DNA of 64,000 nucleotides, taken from NCBI GenBank assembly GCA_031835245.2, contig JAVKOQ020000065.1, positions 62,001-126,000 of the forward strand. Direction: 5' to 3'. Below are positions 1 through 12,591 of this stretch, piece after piece (within the stretch, counting starts at the first letter, position 1; the number at the start of each line of letters is the position of its first letter). The translations under genes and the position numbers were made by a program. This stretch comes from Balamuthia mandrillaris. Taxonomy: Eukaryota. The notes under the pieces are model-generated. The model was given only the letters and a program-made list of their open reading frames with translations, was not told where the DNA came from and did not search any database.

Positions 1-864
1 GGACACGGGCAAAGCTGCCAAAGCGTGGCGCGTTGTTCCACCTGCTGTCCATGTTGGAGGGTATTTTCTTCTTCTTCTTCTTCTTCTTCTTCTTCTTCTT
101 CTTCTTCTTCTTCTTCTTCTTCTTCTTCTTCTTCTTCTTCCTCTTCCTCTTCCTCTTCCTCTTCTTCTTCTTCTTCTTCTGCTTCTTTGCATGCTCCAAC
201 TCTTCTTCTTCTTCTTCTTCTCTGTGGCTAACGATGTTTGTATCACCAATAGAATTGCTGGCGGAGAAAAGTACTTTGCATGTGGCATCTTCTTCAAGGT
301 ATTATTGTTGCTCTTCTGCCTTCCTGTTTACTCTCTCTTTCTCTTGCTCTCTCTCTCTCTCTCTCTCTCTCACTCACCATACACCAAAAACCCACAAATA
401 AATTAGCTTTGTTTAGACTTTAACGGATTGTATAAACGTGACTCGGAAGAACGAGCAGATGAGTTAAGCATGAAAGTGGCTGGTCATGAGATGAAAGGAC
501 TGAACTCGATGGTGCATTGGATAACTAGCATTCCCGAGTTGCATCACTTGTGTTATCCATTGATGACTTTGATCGATTATAGAGGGTATCTATAGTATAT
601 GTTTCGTCTTTCTTCTGCCTCTCATTCTCTTCTGACCACAACGTTAATAAATAATAACCAGATATCGTTTATTGGCATTGGCACAACTTCCGATAAACAA
701 AAGCACGATTCGTTATGGCTGCTGCGATGGTGGACGTACCGTTTGGTACGCCAAAGAAGAGGCTATTGATAGGGAAATGCGAATGCTTGGCCTTTTACTC
801 AATTTGGAGGGACACTGGGTATGGAGCTCCAGCGGCGTTGATAAAGCTTTTATATATGGTTTCG

Positions 865-895
<31 letters not shown>

Positions 896-3095
896 TGTCG
901 TTTTAGTCCCTTTTCTTTTCTAACTTGCTTTGATGGAAAGGACCAGGAGATGTGGAATGTCATGTTGGCACTGATGGCAGGTTTTACATTGTCGGTAATG
1001 GGCTGCTTTCTCATTTATGGTTTTTCCATTCATCTCTTTTGTGCTAATTCTCGAGCTATATTCAGACACGGCTCGCATGGCACCACCTGCAGCGATGCTT
1101 CCAGGGTAGTATTTTCTCTTGCTCTCTTTGCTGTCTTTCTTATCTTTGTTTTTCCATCTTGTCCTCCTCTCTCCTCTCCGCAACAGGTCAAAATGCGGCT
1201 TTCTTTATCGTCTGTTGCGAAGTGAGTTCGTCAGCAATTGTGGGATAGGAGCATTATGCTGTGATGCATATTGCAGATGGGGCGTGGATAGGGATGACCC
1301 AACAGCCATTCGTCGCTTCAACGACAAAGTGAAAGAGGCTACTTCCTTGTTGGAACAACAGGTTTGTTCTTGAGTCGAATGAGAGAAACAAAAATCACTG
1401 AGTATACATTTTAAAAAACAAATAGGTCATTCCAAACTTTGTAAAGCGTATTTGTGAGATGAAGTCTTTTTCGTCCGTTCATCGGCTCTACAATGCGGAT
1501 GTTCGATGGCTCATCATCCTCATGCATCAATCGGGCATCAACCTTCGCTACCTTTCCTCCATTCGAAGACAGCTAGAAGAGGAGAAGGCTTACTCGTCTG
1601 CTTCTGCTGTTGTGCCTCTCTTACGTTCTGCATTGTTCACTGAGATTGTTGGTTCGTTTTCCTTTCTTTCCTGTCGTGTCTTGTTTTTTGTTGTTGACTT
1701 TGCTAGCCTTGAAAAAATAAATATAAAGCAAGAGGCATAAAGCACGACATTCGCCAAAAGTGGCGTGAGTTAAGGACCTCCAACAAAGCTGCACACAAAA
1801 ACGTTTTGACAACCTACCTCAACTCTCTCTTCTTCGCACTTCCCTATTCTTCTTCTTCCTCTTCCTCTTCCTCTTCTTCTTCTTCGTCCTTGTCGTCATC
1901 GTTGTTATCGTCTTCTCCTTCTTCAACTCTGTACGATGGTGAATTCTGGAGAGAGACAGTGAAACCTAGGGTGGAAGATACCTTTGGAAAAGATGTTTTC
2001 CTCTTCGTCGAACAGGAAGTAAACGAGGATGGAAAGGAAGAAACGAAGTTGCTGGACTGTTCTCTCTTGATGGAACGTTTACAAGAGCTTCTTTGCTTTC
2101 GTCTTCGCGCATCCGGAAGAAGCAAGATAAAATCGAGAATCGAAAAGGGAGACGAAGAAGTGGAAAGGTTGGAAGGAAAAGATATAGAAGAGCCGAAAGC
2201 AAAAGTGACGCCGATGTTCCTCGTTTCGTTGCAAGAAGGTTATTGCCTCGTTCAGAAAGCGGACATTTGGAAAGAACAAAGACAGGGAGAAGAGAAGGGG
2301 AAGGAGAAAGCGAAAGCGAAGGAAAGAGGCAAGAAGGAGGAGGGGAAGAAATCGAAGAAGGGGAGGAAAGACAAGAAGAAGAAAGCGAAAGATGCGGTCA
2401 AAGAGAGCAAGGATAAAGAAGAAAACGAGAGGACACAAACTGACGAGAAACAGAGCGAGAAGGGGAAGAGGCAACGGAAGAAGAAGAACACGAAGAAGAA
2501 GCCAACCAAACATAAACAAAAGACGGAGCGAGAGGAGAAAGAAACAGCTCTGTTGGTGGAAGCCTACAAACACTTCATGGCCTGCGCTGAGCGAAAGCCC
2601 AGCTTTCCTCTGGTCTTTCAAAACTTGGCAGCGGTGAAGCACCGTTTGGAGGAGCACAAGAGTCATCAGCAACGACAACGGCAAGAGCAGCTGCAGGAAG
2701 AGGTGGGTTGTTTGTTGGCGGAGGAGCTGGAGGAGATGGCACGGAGAGAGCTGCAGAACTTTCAGCGATGCTATCAACGGCTGAAGGAGGCAGAACATAA
2801 TACGCCAGCATCGAAAGAAAAACCAAGAGAAGCAGAGAAAGCAACCAGAGGAGAAGCAAAAGCTAAACCCAAAACCAAACGCAAAGGAAAAGGAGAACAA
2901 ACGGCAAAAGAAGAAGAGAAAAGAGAGCAGAACGAACGCGAGGACAAAGCCAATGATGACGAAGAGGAAGAAACGGAAGCCAGGACAACTCGTGTGTCAA
3001 CCTCCTCCTCGTCATCATCGTCATCCTCCTCCAACGTTCGCTCGCGATCGCAACAGCAAGAAGTGGCTGCACCCAGAGCCTGCATTTTATTCTGA
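1..3095 (+). CDS. Clu (clustered mitochondria) central-domain protein, 5'-partial, multi-exon, with a Lys/Glu-rich low-complexity C-terminus
   Basis: Spliced exons give GIAGGEKYFACGIFFK, MKVAGHEMKGL, PLMTLIDYRGYRLLALAQLPI, YGCCDGG, DVECHVGTDG, DTARMAPP, LYRLLRSEFV and MHQSGINLRYL, which are the Clu-domain motifs in order. The last exon is ORF 1806..3095. Confidence 0.8.
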
Positions 3096-3853
3096 CGGAG
3101 TGCTGCACCCCGCCGCCACACACACACACAACCCGCCAGGGATGGAGGAGGCGGCGACGACGATCGTGTAAAACGGTCCGTTCGGATGGGGTCCATCCAC
3201 CTCCTCAAAACCATCAAAAACAACAAAAAAGAAGAAGCAGAGGAAGAGAGAGGATACAACCACAAAAAAAAAAAACAGCATGTTACTCAACGAAATGTCC
3301 CCAAGTCCTTTTCAGAAGAGTGTGCTGTGCTTTTTACGGGGGTGATGCAGAGGGAGGGAAAGGGAGGGGGGCCAAGGCTTTGTGTGTGGGGGGGAATGTA
3401 TCCGTTACAACAGAAAAGTTCTCCCGGTACAACCGCGGTACAACCAAAGACAACCTGTTCTGTTGTTCCCCCCTCCGAGTGTTGTCGGGATGAGCAAACA
3501 AACAAGGCGGAGAAATAAGGCATCGGAGAGGAGAGAGAGTTATCCTCCTTCGAAGCATCTCGTTACTTGTTTTGTTTGAAAAAAAAAAACAAAAACAAAA
3601 CAGACAACCATTGATAGATAGGATACGCACTCGTGGGTAGGTGCACCACACATCAGTGAGAGAACACCGTCTGAGAGAGAGAGAGAGAGAGAGAGAAGCA
3701 AATACGTGCGAGACACACAGCCTGACCCCTTGTGTAGAGCGTACGGTGACTGCTGTCTTGTCGACGACATCCAAGTTGCTTGACACGAGCGAAGATAGGG
3801 AGCAAGAGCAACAACCCAAAAATAATAATAATAATAATAGAGAAAGCAGAGAA

Positions 3854-5200
3854 ATGGAGCGGCCACAGCTTGGCGAGGGCGGAGGAGGAGGAGGGCACAG
3901 CGGCGAGGAAGCCAGCAGAAGCTGGTGGTTTCCTGTTCGCCTGTTGTTTGGGGGTGGTGGGAGTGGCCCACAGCAACAACCCAACCGACAACAACAACAA
4001 GCCCCCGCGGCTGCTACCCCCTCCCCCACGAAGCACAGCGAAGATGTGATCGAGCCGACCGCACCCACCTCCACGGTGCTGCAACGAACGTTGGAGGAGG
4101 CCTCCGTGTTGGCCTCTCCGACCTCCGCAATGCCGCTTCCTTTGGGCGAGGCGGAAAAGAAAGGGGAGGCAGAGGAAGACAAGGACAAAAAGACGTACAA
4201 GGGCTCCTTCGTGTGGCAGCGCTTGCCTCCCGGCCACACCTTGCCCGATGACCCCAAGGAGATGTCCTGTTGGACCTACTCGGACCTCGCTCGCCAGTGC
4301 TACTGTACGCAGTCTCGCTTCAATCTTTGTTTTTCTTCTTTTGTTTCGTTGGTGACACTTGTCTCCAGCTTTTGTCACTTTCATCTGCTCCTCTCTCTCT
4401 CTCTCTTCTCGCTCTTCTCTCTTCTTCTTTTTCTTCTTCTTGTTCTTCTTCTTGTGCTTCTTGTTCTTCTTCTTCTTCTTCTTCTTCTTCTTCTTCTTCT
4501 TCTTCTTCTTGTTCTTCTTCTTCTTCTTCTTCTTCTTCTTCTTCTTCTTCTTCTTCTTCTTCTTCTTCTTTTTCTCATTCTCTTGCCTTGTTTCTCGTTA
4601 ATCTTTGCTCTTTGCTTCTTCTTTCTTTGCTCATCCACACGAACATAAACAAATGCAGCGCCGTCCTATCGGATAAAGACGTTCTACAGGACCGGCGGCT
4701 TCACGCCAGAGGAGTGCGGTGAGCGCATAGAAAACTTCAAGACCTGCCTGTTGCTCAAGTTTATGAGCCGCGAGGAAGGCAGGGTATGTTTCTTGTCTCC
4801 TTTCATTATATTTCATCTTGCTTTCTTCTCACTCTTCTCTCTTCTCTTGTTCTCTCTCTTTCCCTCTCCCTGTTTTCCTCTTTTTGCTTTCTGCCTTCTC
4901 CTTTCTGCTTTCTCCTTTCTGCTTTCTCCTTTCTGCTTTCTCTTATCTTACATTGCTTACCAGAAACGTTTGGCGGAGATCAAAGAAGCAAGGAAAGGAG
5001 ACAAAGGCAAGGAAGGTTTATGGGAGGCACGAGAGCAGCCACCCAAGTTTTGGACAAAGTTTTTGGAAGAGGAGGAAGAACAGAGAGGAGTACCGCAGAA
5101 GGAGGAGGAGAAAGAGGAGGAGGAGAAGGAAGAGACAGGGCTGATCTCTCAACTGGCCACGCCTGCTGATGCCTCCGAGGACTTTGCTTCCAGAAGATGA
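3854..5200 (+). CDS. Emi1/DUF3128 (C22orf39-like) family small Cys-motif protein, 3 exons
   Basis: Exons read MSCWTYSDLARQCY / APSYRIKTFYRTGGFTPEECGERIENFKTCLLLK / KRLAEIKE..GLWEAREQPPKFW. The Cys spacing, YR.G and W..R match this family. Confidence 0.7.
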
Positions 5201-5293
5201 TGAAAGTTACTTCCTCTCTTCCTTCCTTCTTTTTTTTGTATTTATTTTGAACTTTTAGAAAAGGTTTTTTTTTGTGCTTCTTCTTCTCTTCTT

Positions 5294-5785
5294 TTAGTCG
5301 GCCTTGGTTCTGGTTTGACCAAACTTAAAGCCTCTTCGCTTGAGGTCCCTCTCGGCCTCGTCCATTTCTTTTCGAAGCTCTTTGGCGGCGTCGGGGCAGG
5401 TGGGGAAGGTTGCCACGTTGATGAGGATGCGGGCAAGAGAGTAGAGACCAAAGAGGACGAGGGCGGTAAGTGGGAGCTAAAGCAAAGGATGGAAGTTGGT
5501 GTTTGTGAAAAAAAAAAATTTAAAAAAAGAAGCAGCCAAAATAGGGAGAGAGAGGAACGTACGAGATAAAAGAAAAGATTATATTCGTAGGAAAGAGAGA
5601 GGGTGGGTTGGATGACTCTCACGAAATAGCCCCAGCCGCTGATCGCTACGAGGAAGTAGAGAATCCATCGGATTACCTTCTCAGAGACAAACACTTTGTC
5701 AGAAAGAGAAAGAGAAAGAGAAGAGAGCGCGAGAGAGAAAGCAAAAGGGGAAAACAAAGCGTTTCGATGGACCAACCTTCCTCAT
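5294..5785 (-). CDS. DPM3: Dolichol-phosphate mannosyltransferase subunit 3, 3 exons
   Basis: MRK|VIRWILYFLVAISGWGYF..NLFFYL|LPLTALVLFGLYSLARILINVATFPTCPDAAKELRKEMDEAERDLKRRGFKF gives two TM helices plus the DPM3 signature VATF..C..AA.EL...A..DL.RRG. Not shown as a single ORF in the track. Confidence 0.9.
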
Positions 5786-5861
5786 CTTGCGCAAGAAGTC
5801 GCCTATGGCTTTGTGAGTTTCTCGCTACTTTTTTTGTTCGCACTTTTTTCTTTCGTCCAAT

Positions 5862-5891
5862 TGCCACGTCACCGCTTCGAGTGACGTGGCA
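5862..5891. promoter_or_regulatory. Inverted pair of TGACGTGGCA bZIP sites in the DPM3/IPK divergent promoter
   Basis: TGCCACGTCAC-8 nt-GTGACGTGGCA, a perfect 11-bp inverted repeat. Confidence 0.55.
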
Positions 5892-6153
5892 TCTTCGTAT
5901 CGTGTCGTTGCGACAAGCCTTCCAGCAAATGCTCTCTGAAATAATAGGTTGCGCTAAAAGTCGGGGCGAAACCCAAAAGGGCAACCTAATTCAAGGAATC
6001 GAATTATCCGATTCAAATTATCAATAATCGGCCAATAACCCATATAACCATCGAGATTCTTGCCGACAATGAAATAAAATACTTTTTTGAATGAAGAACA
6101 GCTGAAAAAAAAAACACCAAACAATAATATTCGCTAGCGAGTAGCAGCGGTGG

Positions 6154-6191
<38 letters not shown>

Positions 6192-6223
6192 GTTTGTTGT
6201 GTGCATGCACAAGTCACAGTCGA

Positions 6224-9188
6224 ATGAGCACGGCAGAGAACCCCCACCGCTTCGCGCCCAAGTTCTTCACCCTTCCCACCTGGTGCAAGTACTGCGGTCG
6301 GTACATCTGGCAAGCGCCTGGTAGGCCTGGCTACCTCTGCACCAACCAAGGTTCCTATTTGTTTTTGTCTATTTTTTTTTGTGTTTTGATGAGGAGACTC
6401 CTGCTACCAAGTTTCTTTGTCCATCTCTTTTTCGAAATGCTCTTTATTTCTTTTTAAAAAAAATGGTGGTAACAATCGAAACCCTTGCTGTGCTGTTTGT
6501 TTCTAATTATTTTTATTTTAGGGTGCAGTTACTCGGTGCACAAGAGGTGTGGGGAACAGGCCAGCCTTTTGTTCGAGTGTGCTGCTGGTGAGTCGTCCTT
6601 TTTTTTTCCCTGCAAACATTACACTCAGTTAAATTGACCTCCTTCCCTCTTGTTTATCCTCTGCTTCTCGGGTATCTGTTCTCTCGTCTCCTGTGTTTCT
6701 TTTTATCCGTTCTCTCTCTCTATCTCTCTCTCCTTTGCCCTCTCCTCTCTTCTCTTTGCTATCTGTTGTCTATCTCTCTCGGAGAACAGCATCGGCTCAA
6801 CCAGAAGGAAGACAAGAGGAGTCTGCCGGGCCTGTGGCGTTCGAGCACCAAGTTGCAGGACACAAAGGAAGAGCCAGCATGCTAAAAGATGGTCACACCA
6901 TCTTGAAACCATTGAATGACCACGAGTTCGAGTTTTATGAGCTCATCAATCGATATCCCTCCGTTGCTCCTGCTAAGTTTTTCCCAAAGTACTATGGCTG
7001 CCGCTCTCGAGAAACCGATACAGGAGTTAAGAGTTTGTTTTTTCTCGTTCTTCTCTTCTTCTTATTCTTCTTTATTAGTAATTAACTCCGTCGTTTTCTT
7101 ATTACAGAGTACATTGTGTTGGAAGATTTGACTGCAGGTTTGCGAGGACCTTGTATCTGTGATCTTAAGATTGGCACTCGTGGTACCGTCACGATGTTTT
7201 TATCTTTCTGTGTTTGCTGTTTTTGTTACCTGATTTCTGTTCTCTTTTTAATTTCTTTCAAATAAGTGTAAGAATTCTAAACAGTTCTCTTTAACAACAG
7301 GACACGATGACAAAGCAACCACCCACAAATATCTGCAACAAAAAGCGCTTTGCAAACTTACTACCTCCTCAACGATGGGCTTTCGAATGTGTGGTATGCG
7401 GGTTAGTTCTTCCTTTCTCCTTTCTCTTTCTACGTTCGTCTTCCTTCTATATTTCCTGTGTTGCTCTGCTTGGTCCATCTCTCTTTCTCTAGCTCTTCCT
7501 CCCTCCTTCCCTCTCTGAAAAACTATCTGCGACAGGTATGGCAACTAGATGGACCCGAAATAATACGAGACAAGCGATGGGGCTCAAAGCTCAAGGAGAC
7601 AACAATGCGTGGCGCTCTGGTTCAGTTCCTGGACAATGGAGAGGGCGTTCGCTTCGACATCATTCCTCGATGGTTAGCAAAGCTCTACGAAATCAAACAA
7701 TGGTTTGAGGAACAAACCATGTTCAACTTTTATTCCAGTTCTATTCTTCTCATCTACGATGGTGCATCCTTGCCTGGTGGTACCAGCGATGGTGATAGTG
7801 ACGACAAAGAAGAACACGTGGACGTGCGAATGGTTGATTTCGCCCATGTAGATGCCAAGTTCGATGCACGAGGCATTAAGACTAAATCTGCATCTTCTCT
7901 TTCCTCTTCTTCTTCTACTACCAAAACGAGATCTGGTGCAGATGCCACAATCGACATCGATGAGAACTACTTGAAAGGGCTGAACAACGTGATTGTGTTG
8001 TTGGAGTCGATGCTTAGCGATTTTGCGTCAGAAGAATCTTCTCCAAGAACTAATCACGTTCCTCTCGTTCCTTCACCTGGTTCTCCCACTTCTTCTCCTC
8101 GTGAAACCAAATCGTTTTCACTTCGGTTTTTCCGAGGCAAACCGAAAGCACAATCGTCCCCTCCTTCCTGTGCCTCTCCTTCTGCACGGGATATTGGGGA
8201 CGAGAACACAACGCATGACATATCTCTGCGACGAGAAGAATCCAAAGAGAAGCTAGATAAATTCTTCCTAACAAGAGAGAAAAACCTGGAACGGTTTCTT
8301 TGGCGCAATCACCTTCCTTCTGGATCCCCAGGAGTATCAATCAACCAAAGTATGCCCAACTTTCGAAAAGAGCATCTGGAGCAAGCCGAGAAAAGACGTT
8401 CTCCTTTCGACACAGAAGTGAAAAAACACAGAAGAAGAAACACACATACGCAAGCGGCAGATGGCAAAGCATCCGCTAGCGAAGCCATTCCTTCTCTGTC
8501 TCTCACCGACAGCAAAGGTTTTTCTGTGGTCCTTCCTCCTTCTTCTGCTTCTTCCTCTGCAACCTCAACCCGTTCTAGTTTGCGCCCAAAATCGAAGGAA
8601 AAAGTTGTGGTAGGAAGAAGAGGCGGCCACAAACGTTCAAAGAGCGAAGGTGGGGCTACGTTTGATCGTGCTGCCCTTTCTACCATCACGCGAGGATCCA
8701 GCGAGAACGAAAAAGATAAAGCGAGAGTAACAGAGAAAGAAGTCGCAACAGCCACAACAGTTAGATCGAGAACAATATCATTGCAAAAGATTGCTGTTAC
8801 ATCAGATTTTGAAGAGGATGAAGCCAAAAGCGAGGAGAGGTCGCTCTCCCTTCGTGACCAACTTTCTAACGAAACGACGACAATCAGCAGTTGCAGTAGC
8901 ATTTCAACGGATGAAGAAGACGAAGAGGACACATCCACGAGCGAAGTGTCCCCTCATCTGCTATTAGAGACGGAGAAGAGCGACTCAAAGAAGGAAGAGA
9001 GCAAATCGCAACGGAAACAAAAGAAGAAAAAGAAGAAGACCAAGATAAAAACGGGAAAGTTGAAGGCGTTGCAACGACGCGTCTATTTGTTGGAAAGACA
9101 GTTTGTGGAGACGCGGAGAGAGTGCGAAAACATGCGGAGAGAACTCGAAGAGCTGAGACGGTGGAAAGCGAGCCTCTCTCAAAAATAA
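6224..9188 (+). CDS. Inositol polyphosphate kinase (IPMK/IP6K family) with an N-terminal C1 zinc finger and a long low-complexity/coiled-coil tail
   Basis: C1: HRFAPKFFTLPTWCKYC..C..C.H..C. IPK motifs: HQVAGH, LEDLT, PCICDLKIG (PxxxDxKxG), FYSSSILLIYD, MVDFAH and DENYLKGL. Confidence 0.88.
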
Positions 9189-10848
9189 TGGACGAAAATG
9201 AAATAATAATAAACCTTTGGCGAGAGGTTGTTTGACTTGGAGGTTCGTCGCTGGTGATGTTATTTGGTTGAGGAGCGCGACATTGCTGTCGTTTTTCGCT
9301 AAAACAAGAGACGGAGGATAAAAAGTTTTTTTGAAGTAGATTCCTCCACATATTTGGCAAGCAATCACCGCTGAAACCTCTTGCTGTGCTCTTTTGCTGT
9401 GCTTGGCCAGTTGACAGGCAAACGAGATCCCTATCTTACAGCATTTTTTTTTTGCGTGTGTGGAAGCGATGGGAGATAGTGCGCGAAGGAACCGCTTCGG
9501 TGGGACAAAGGTGGCTGTGGCATAGAAGGGAAGCGCCTGTTTAAAAAAAAGGGTCTGGGAAAGAGTGGGAAGCAACAAGAACCACACGGCAAAGAAGGAA
9601 GGAGGCCATTGGACCTAATGAGCTCTGCAACGAAGTCCCTCTTGGGCGGGCGCATTCGATACGGACGGGGCACAGCGAAAGAGCTATGAGGCGTCAGTAT
9701 TATCCAGGATCAAGGCGGAGATTTTGACAGGTTTCTTTTTATGCTCTCCTTTGTTTCATCTACGTGGGCATCGCACCTGGAGCATCCCATTGGGGGGAAC
9801 TCGTGTTTTCGTTTTGCTTGTTGGGTCCACTTCACGCAAATGGGTTCCCGGTCCTTTTATCTGGCTATCGACAGAAAAAGGGGCGAGATTTCGCAACAAT
9901 TTCAAACTGGCTGCTTCCGATCTGCCTAAACATGGCAAATTGTTCCGTTTGTCAGTCGGGTATTTCCTCTTATGGAAACGTAGCATTAATTTGATGAACT
10001 ATTAATCACGAAACGGACCCTCCGATTGGTCCATTTTGGTTGGCTCAGATCCATCTATTTTTCCCCGTTTTTTTAATTAAATTCAAAAGTCTCCCCCCAA
10101 AGGAAAAAAAAACCAGGCAGCGAAAAAGAAGAAAGAAAAAAAAAAATAGGGAGCGCAAAAAAAAAAATAAAGAAAATAGGGAAGAGAGCATCCCGCGTTT
10201 TTTTTTTGACGTGGGGGCGTTGCAACGCAGAGAAGAGCGACGTTTGGTTGTGGTACATTTTTCCTATCCCCCGTTCTTCTTCTGTCGTGTTTGGGGTTTT
10301 TCTTTTATTCGTGTTTTTTTTTTAAAAAAGCATTTTTTTTTTGCTTTGGGGGGAGTTTTCTTTTTTCATAATTATTCGAGAAAAGAAATAGAAAAGAAAA
10401 GAAAAGCCAAAAAAAAAAAACGTAGAGGAGCCAAAAAAGAAAAAAAAAGTAGAGAGAGAGAGAGAGCATCATCTCTGAAACCTCTCTCTTTGTTGTTTTT
10501 CTTAAAATTATTTTGACGTGCCCTTCTTTTCCTCCCACTTGTTTCCGTGCTGTCTGACAGACCTTTCTTTTCTCTCTCTCTCTCTCTCTCTCTTGCTCCT
10601 CTCCTCTCCTCTCCTCTCCTCTTTTTTTGTTTGGGAAGAGGAACTCTCCAACTTTGGAAAAAAAAAAAAAGGATTTCGCAGTTTACAACCCCCTCCGAAC
10701 AGAGAGAGAGAGAGAAAGGAAGAAAACGAAGAACAAAAAGAAAAACAGCAACCACCACAGCAGGGCGCAGAGCCAGAGCCAGCCATTGAGACAGCGGGTG
10801 GTGGTCCCTCCTCGGCCTCCCTTCCCTGTGCTGCCTCCTCCTACAGAA

Positions 10849-11100
10849 ATGGGCGAAGTCTCCGTGAACGAGCTGCTCTCGATGATAGACTGGGCGAACA
10901 CTGCGGTGGGACCTATGGAGCACTGGCCGCCCAACCTCGTGAACATCGCGGACCTCTGCTTCCAGGCCTCTTTCCCCATGTCTATTTATTGGGGGCCTGA
11001 GAAAATCTTTCTCTATGGACAGGTTCAGTTGTTTTTTCTTCCTTCTCTATTTCTCATATCTGTTTTCCCCCACGTTGTTCTCATCTTTTTTCCCATCTTT

Positions 11101-11140
<40 letters not shown>

Positions 11141-11608
11141 GGCTTGGTGCTTTTCATCAGTTCTGTTTCATATTTTCTAACAACCATCCTTTTGTTTCCT
11201 CGTTTCTTTCGTTCGACTTTCTATGGCACCATTTCATTTTTCACAACAGGGGTTCAGACCAATACTAGGAACAGAGAAGCATCCTCGAGCGATGGGCAGT
11301 CCAGGCAGTGAAGTGTGGGCAGAGATCTGGGATACGATCGGCCCCATCATCGACGATGTTCTTAACTTGGGCAAGTCCTTCTTTCAAGCGGACAAACAAT
11401 TCTTGTTGGAGCGGAACGGCTTCCTGGAGGAGACCTACTTCTCAATGTCTTGGTCTCCTATCGCCGGGGCTAACAACACTATCGATGGTGTGCTGAACGT
11501 CGGCGCTGAGACCACTCAACGAGTGTTGAGCGAGCGGCGGCTGAGCACCCTCACCGAATTAGGTGTAAGAACGCATAATGCTACTTCTCCTGTTGAGGTA
11601 CTGTGCTC

Positions 11609-11650
<42 letters not shown>

Positions 11651-12549
11651 CTTTCCCTCCTTTCTCTCCTTTCTCCTGTTCTTGTGTCGACATAACAAAA
11701 AAAAAAAAAAACAATAACAGGCATGTCGGTTGATAACGGACACGCTGAAGGAGAACAAAGACATACCATTTGCTCTCATCTTTTTAGCTACAGAAGACAA
11801 CAAAATAGCAAACCTCGTGGCCACGACCTACGATCCCGACTTTTTCCGAGACCAAATCTACGAGGACTCCCCGGAGGAAGACAAACGTTCCAACGGGAAC
11901 AGCACAAGTACAAATGAAAATGGTGACGACGATGACGAGGATGCCTACGAAGAAGGCTCACCTGAAAGAGAAGAACGGAAGCGCAGAAACCTTTTTCCTC
12001 CTTTTCTCCAAAGCATTCCAATGCAAGTCAACATAGCTGCAGAGAAGGCTCGCCTTCGTTCTCGCCGCGGCGGCAGCTATGGCCCTCATCACAAGTCTGG
12101 CTCTCGCTCCTCCTGTTCCTCCGCTGACTCTCGCCGCGTGCGTTACGTCGGCAGCAGCAACTGCAGCAGCCGCAGCTCTGAGTTCTCCTCAGGCAATCCA
12201 TCCAGCCACAGCAGCGGCACGGCCTCCGACACAGAACAAGCAGAGCAAGATACCTCCATTACCAACCTGCGAGTGGCCAACAAGGAGAGCCCTCCAGAGG
12301 ATTGGCCTCTTGCCAGAGTGTTCGCCACTGGAAGAGCGGAGAGTGCCTGTCTCCCCGACGCGAGAGAACAGAAAGTCCTGTTGTTGCCCATCAAGACCTC
12401 CTATGAGGAGAGGGGAAACATATCTGCGGTGTTGGTAGCGGGCGTCAATCCTTTGAGGACGCTGGACAGTTATTATAGGGAATTTTATGACCTAGTTGCG
12501 GGGCACTTGTCCTCTGCACTGAACAACGCTAAGGTTTGTTTTCTTTTAC

Positions 12550-12591
<42 letters not shown>

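Noticed and set aside
25..406. Poly-S, poly-F and poly-L ORFs (also at 4270-4722, 28134-28469 and 61375-61912)
   Set aside because: These are translations of intronic microsatellites.
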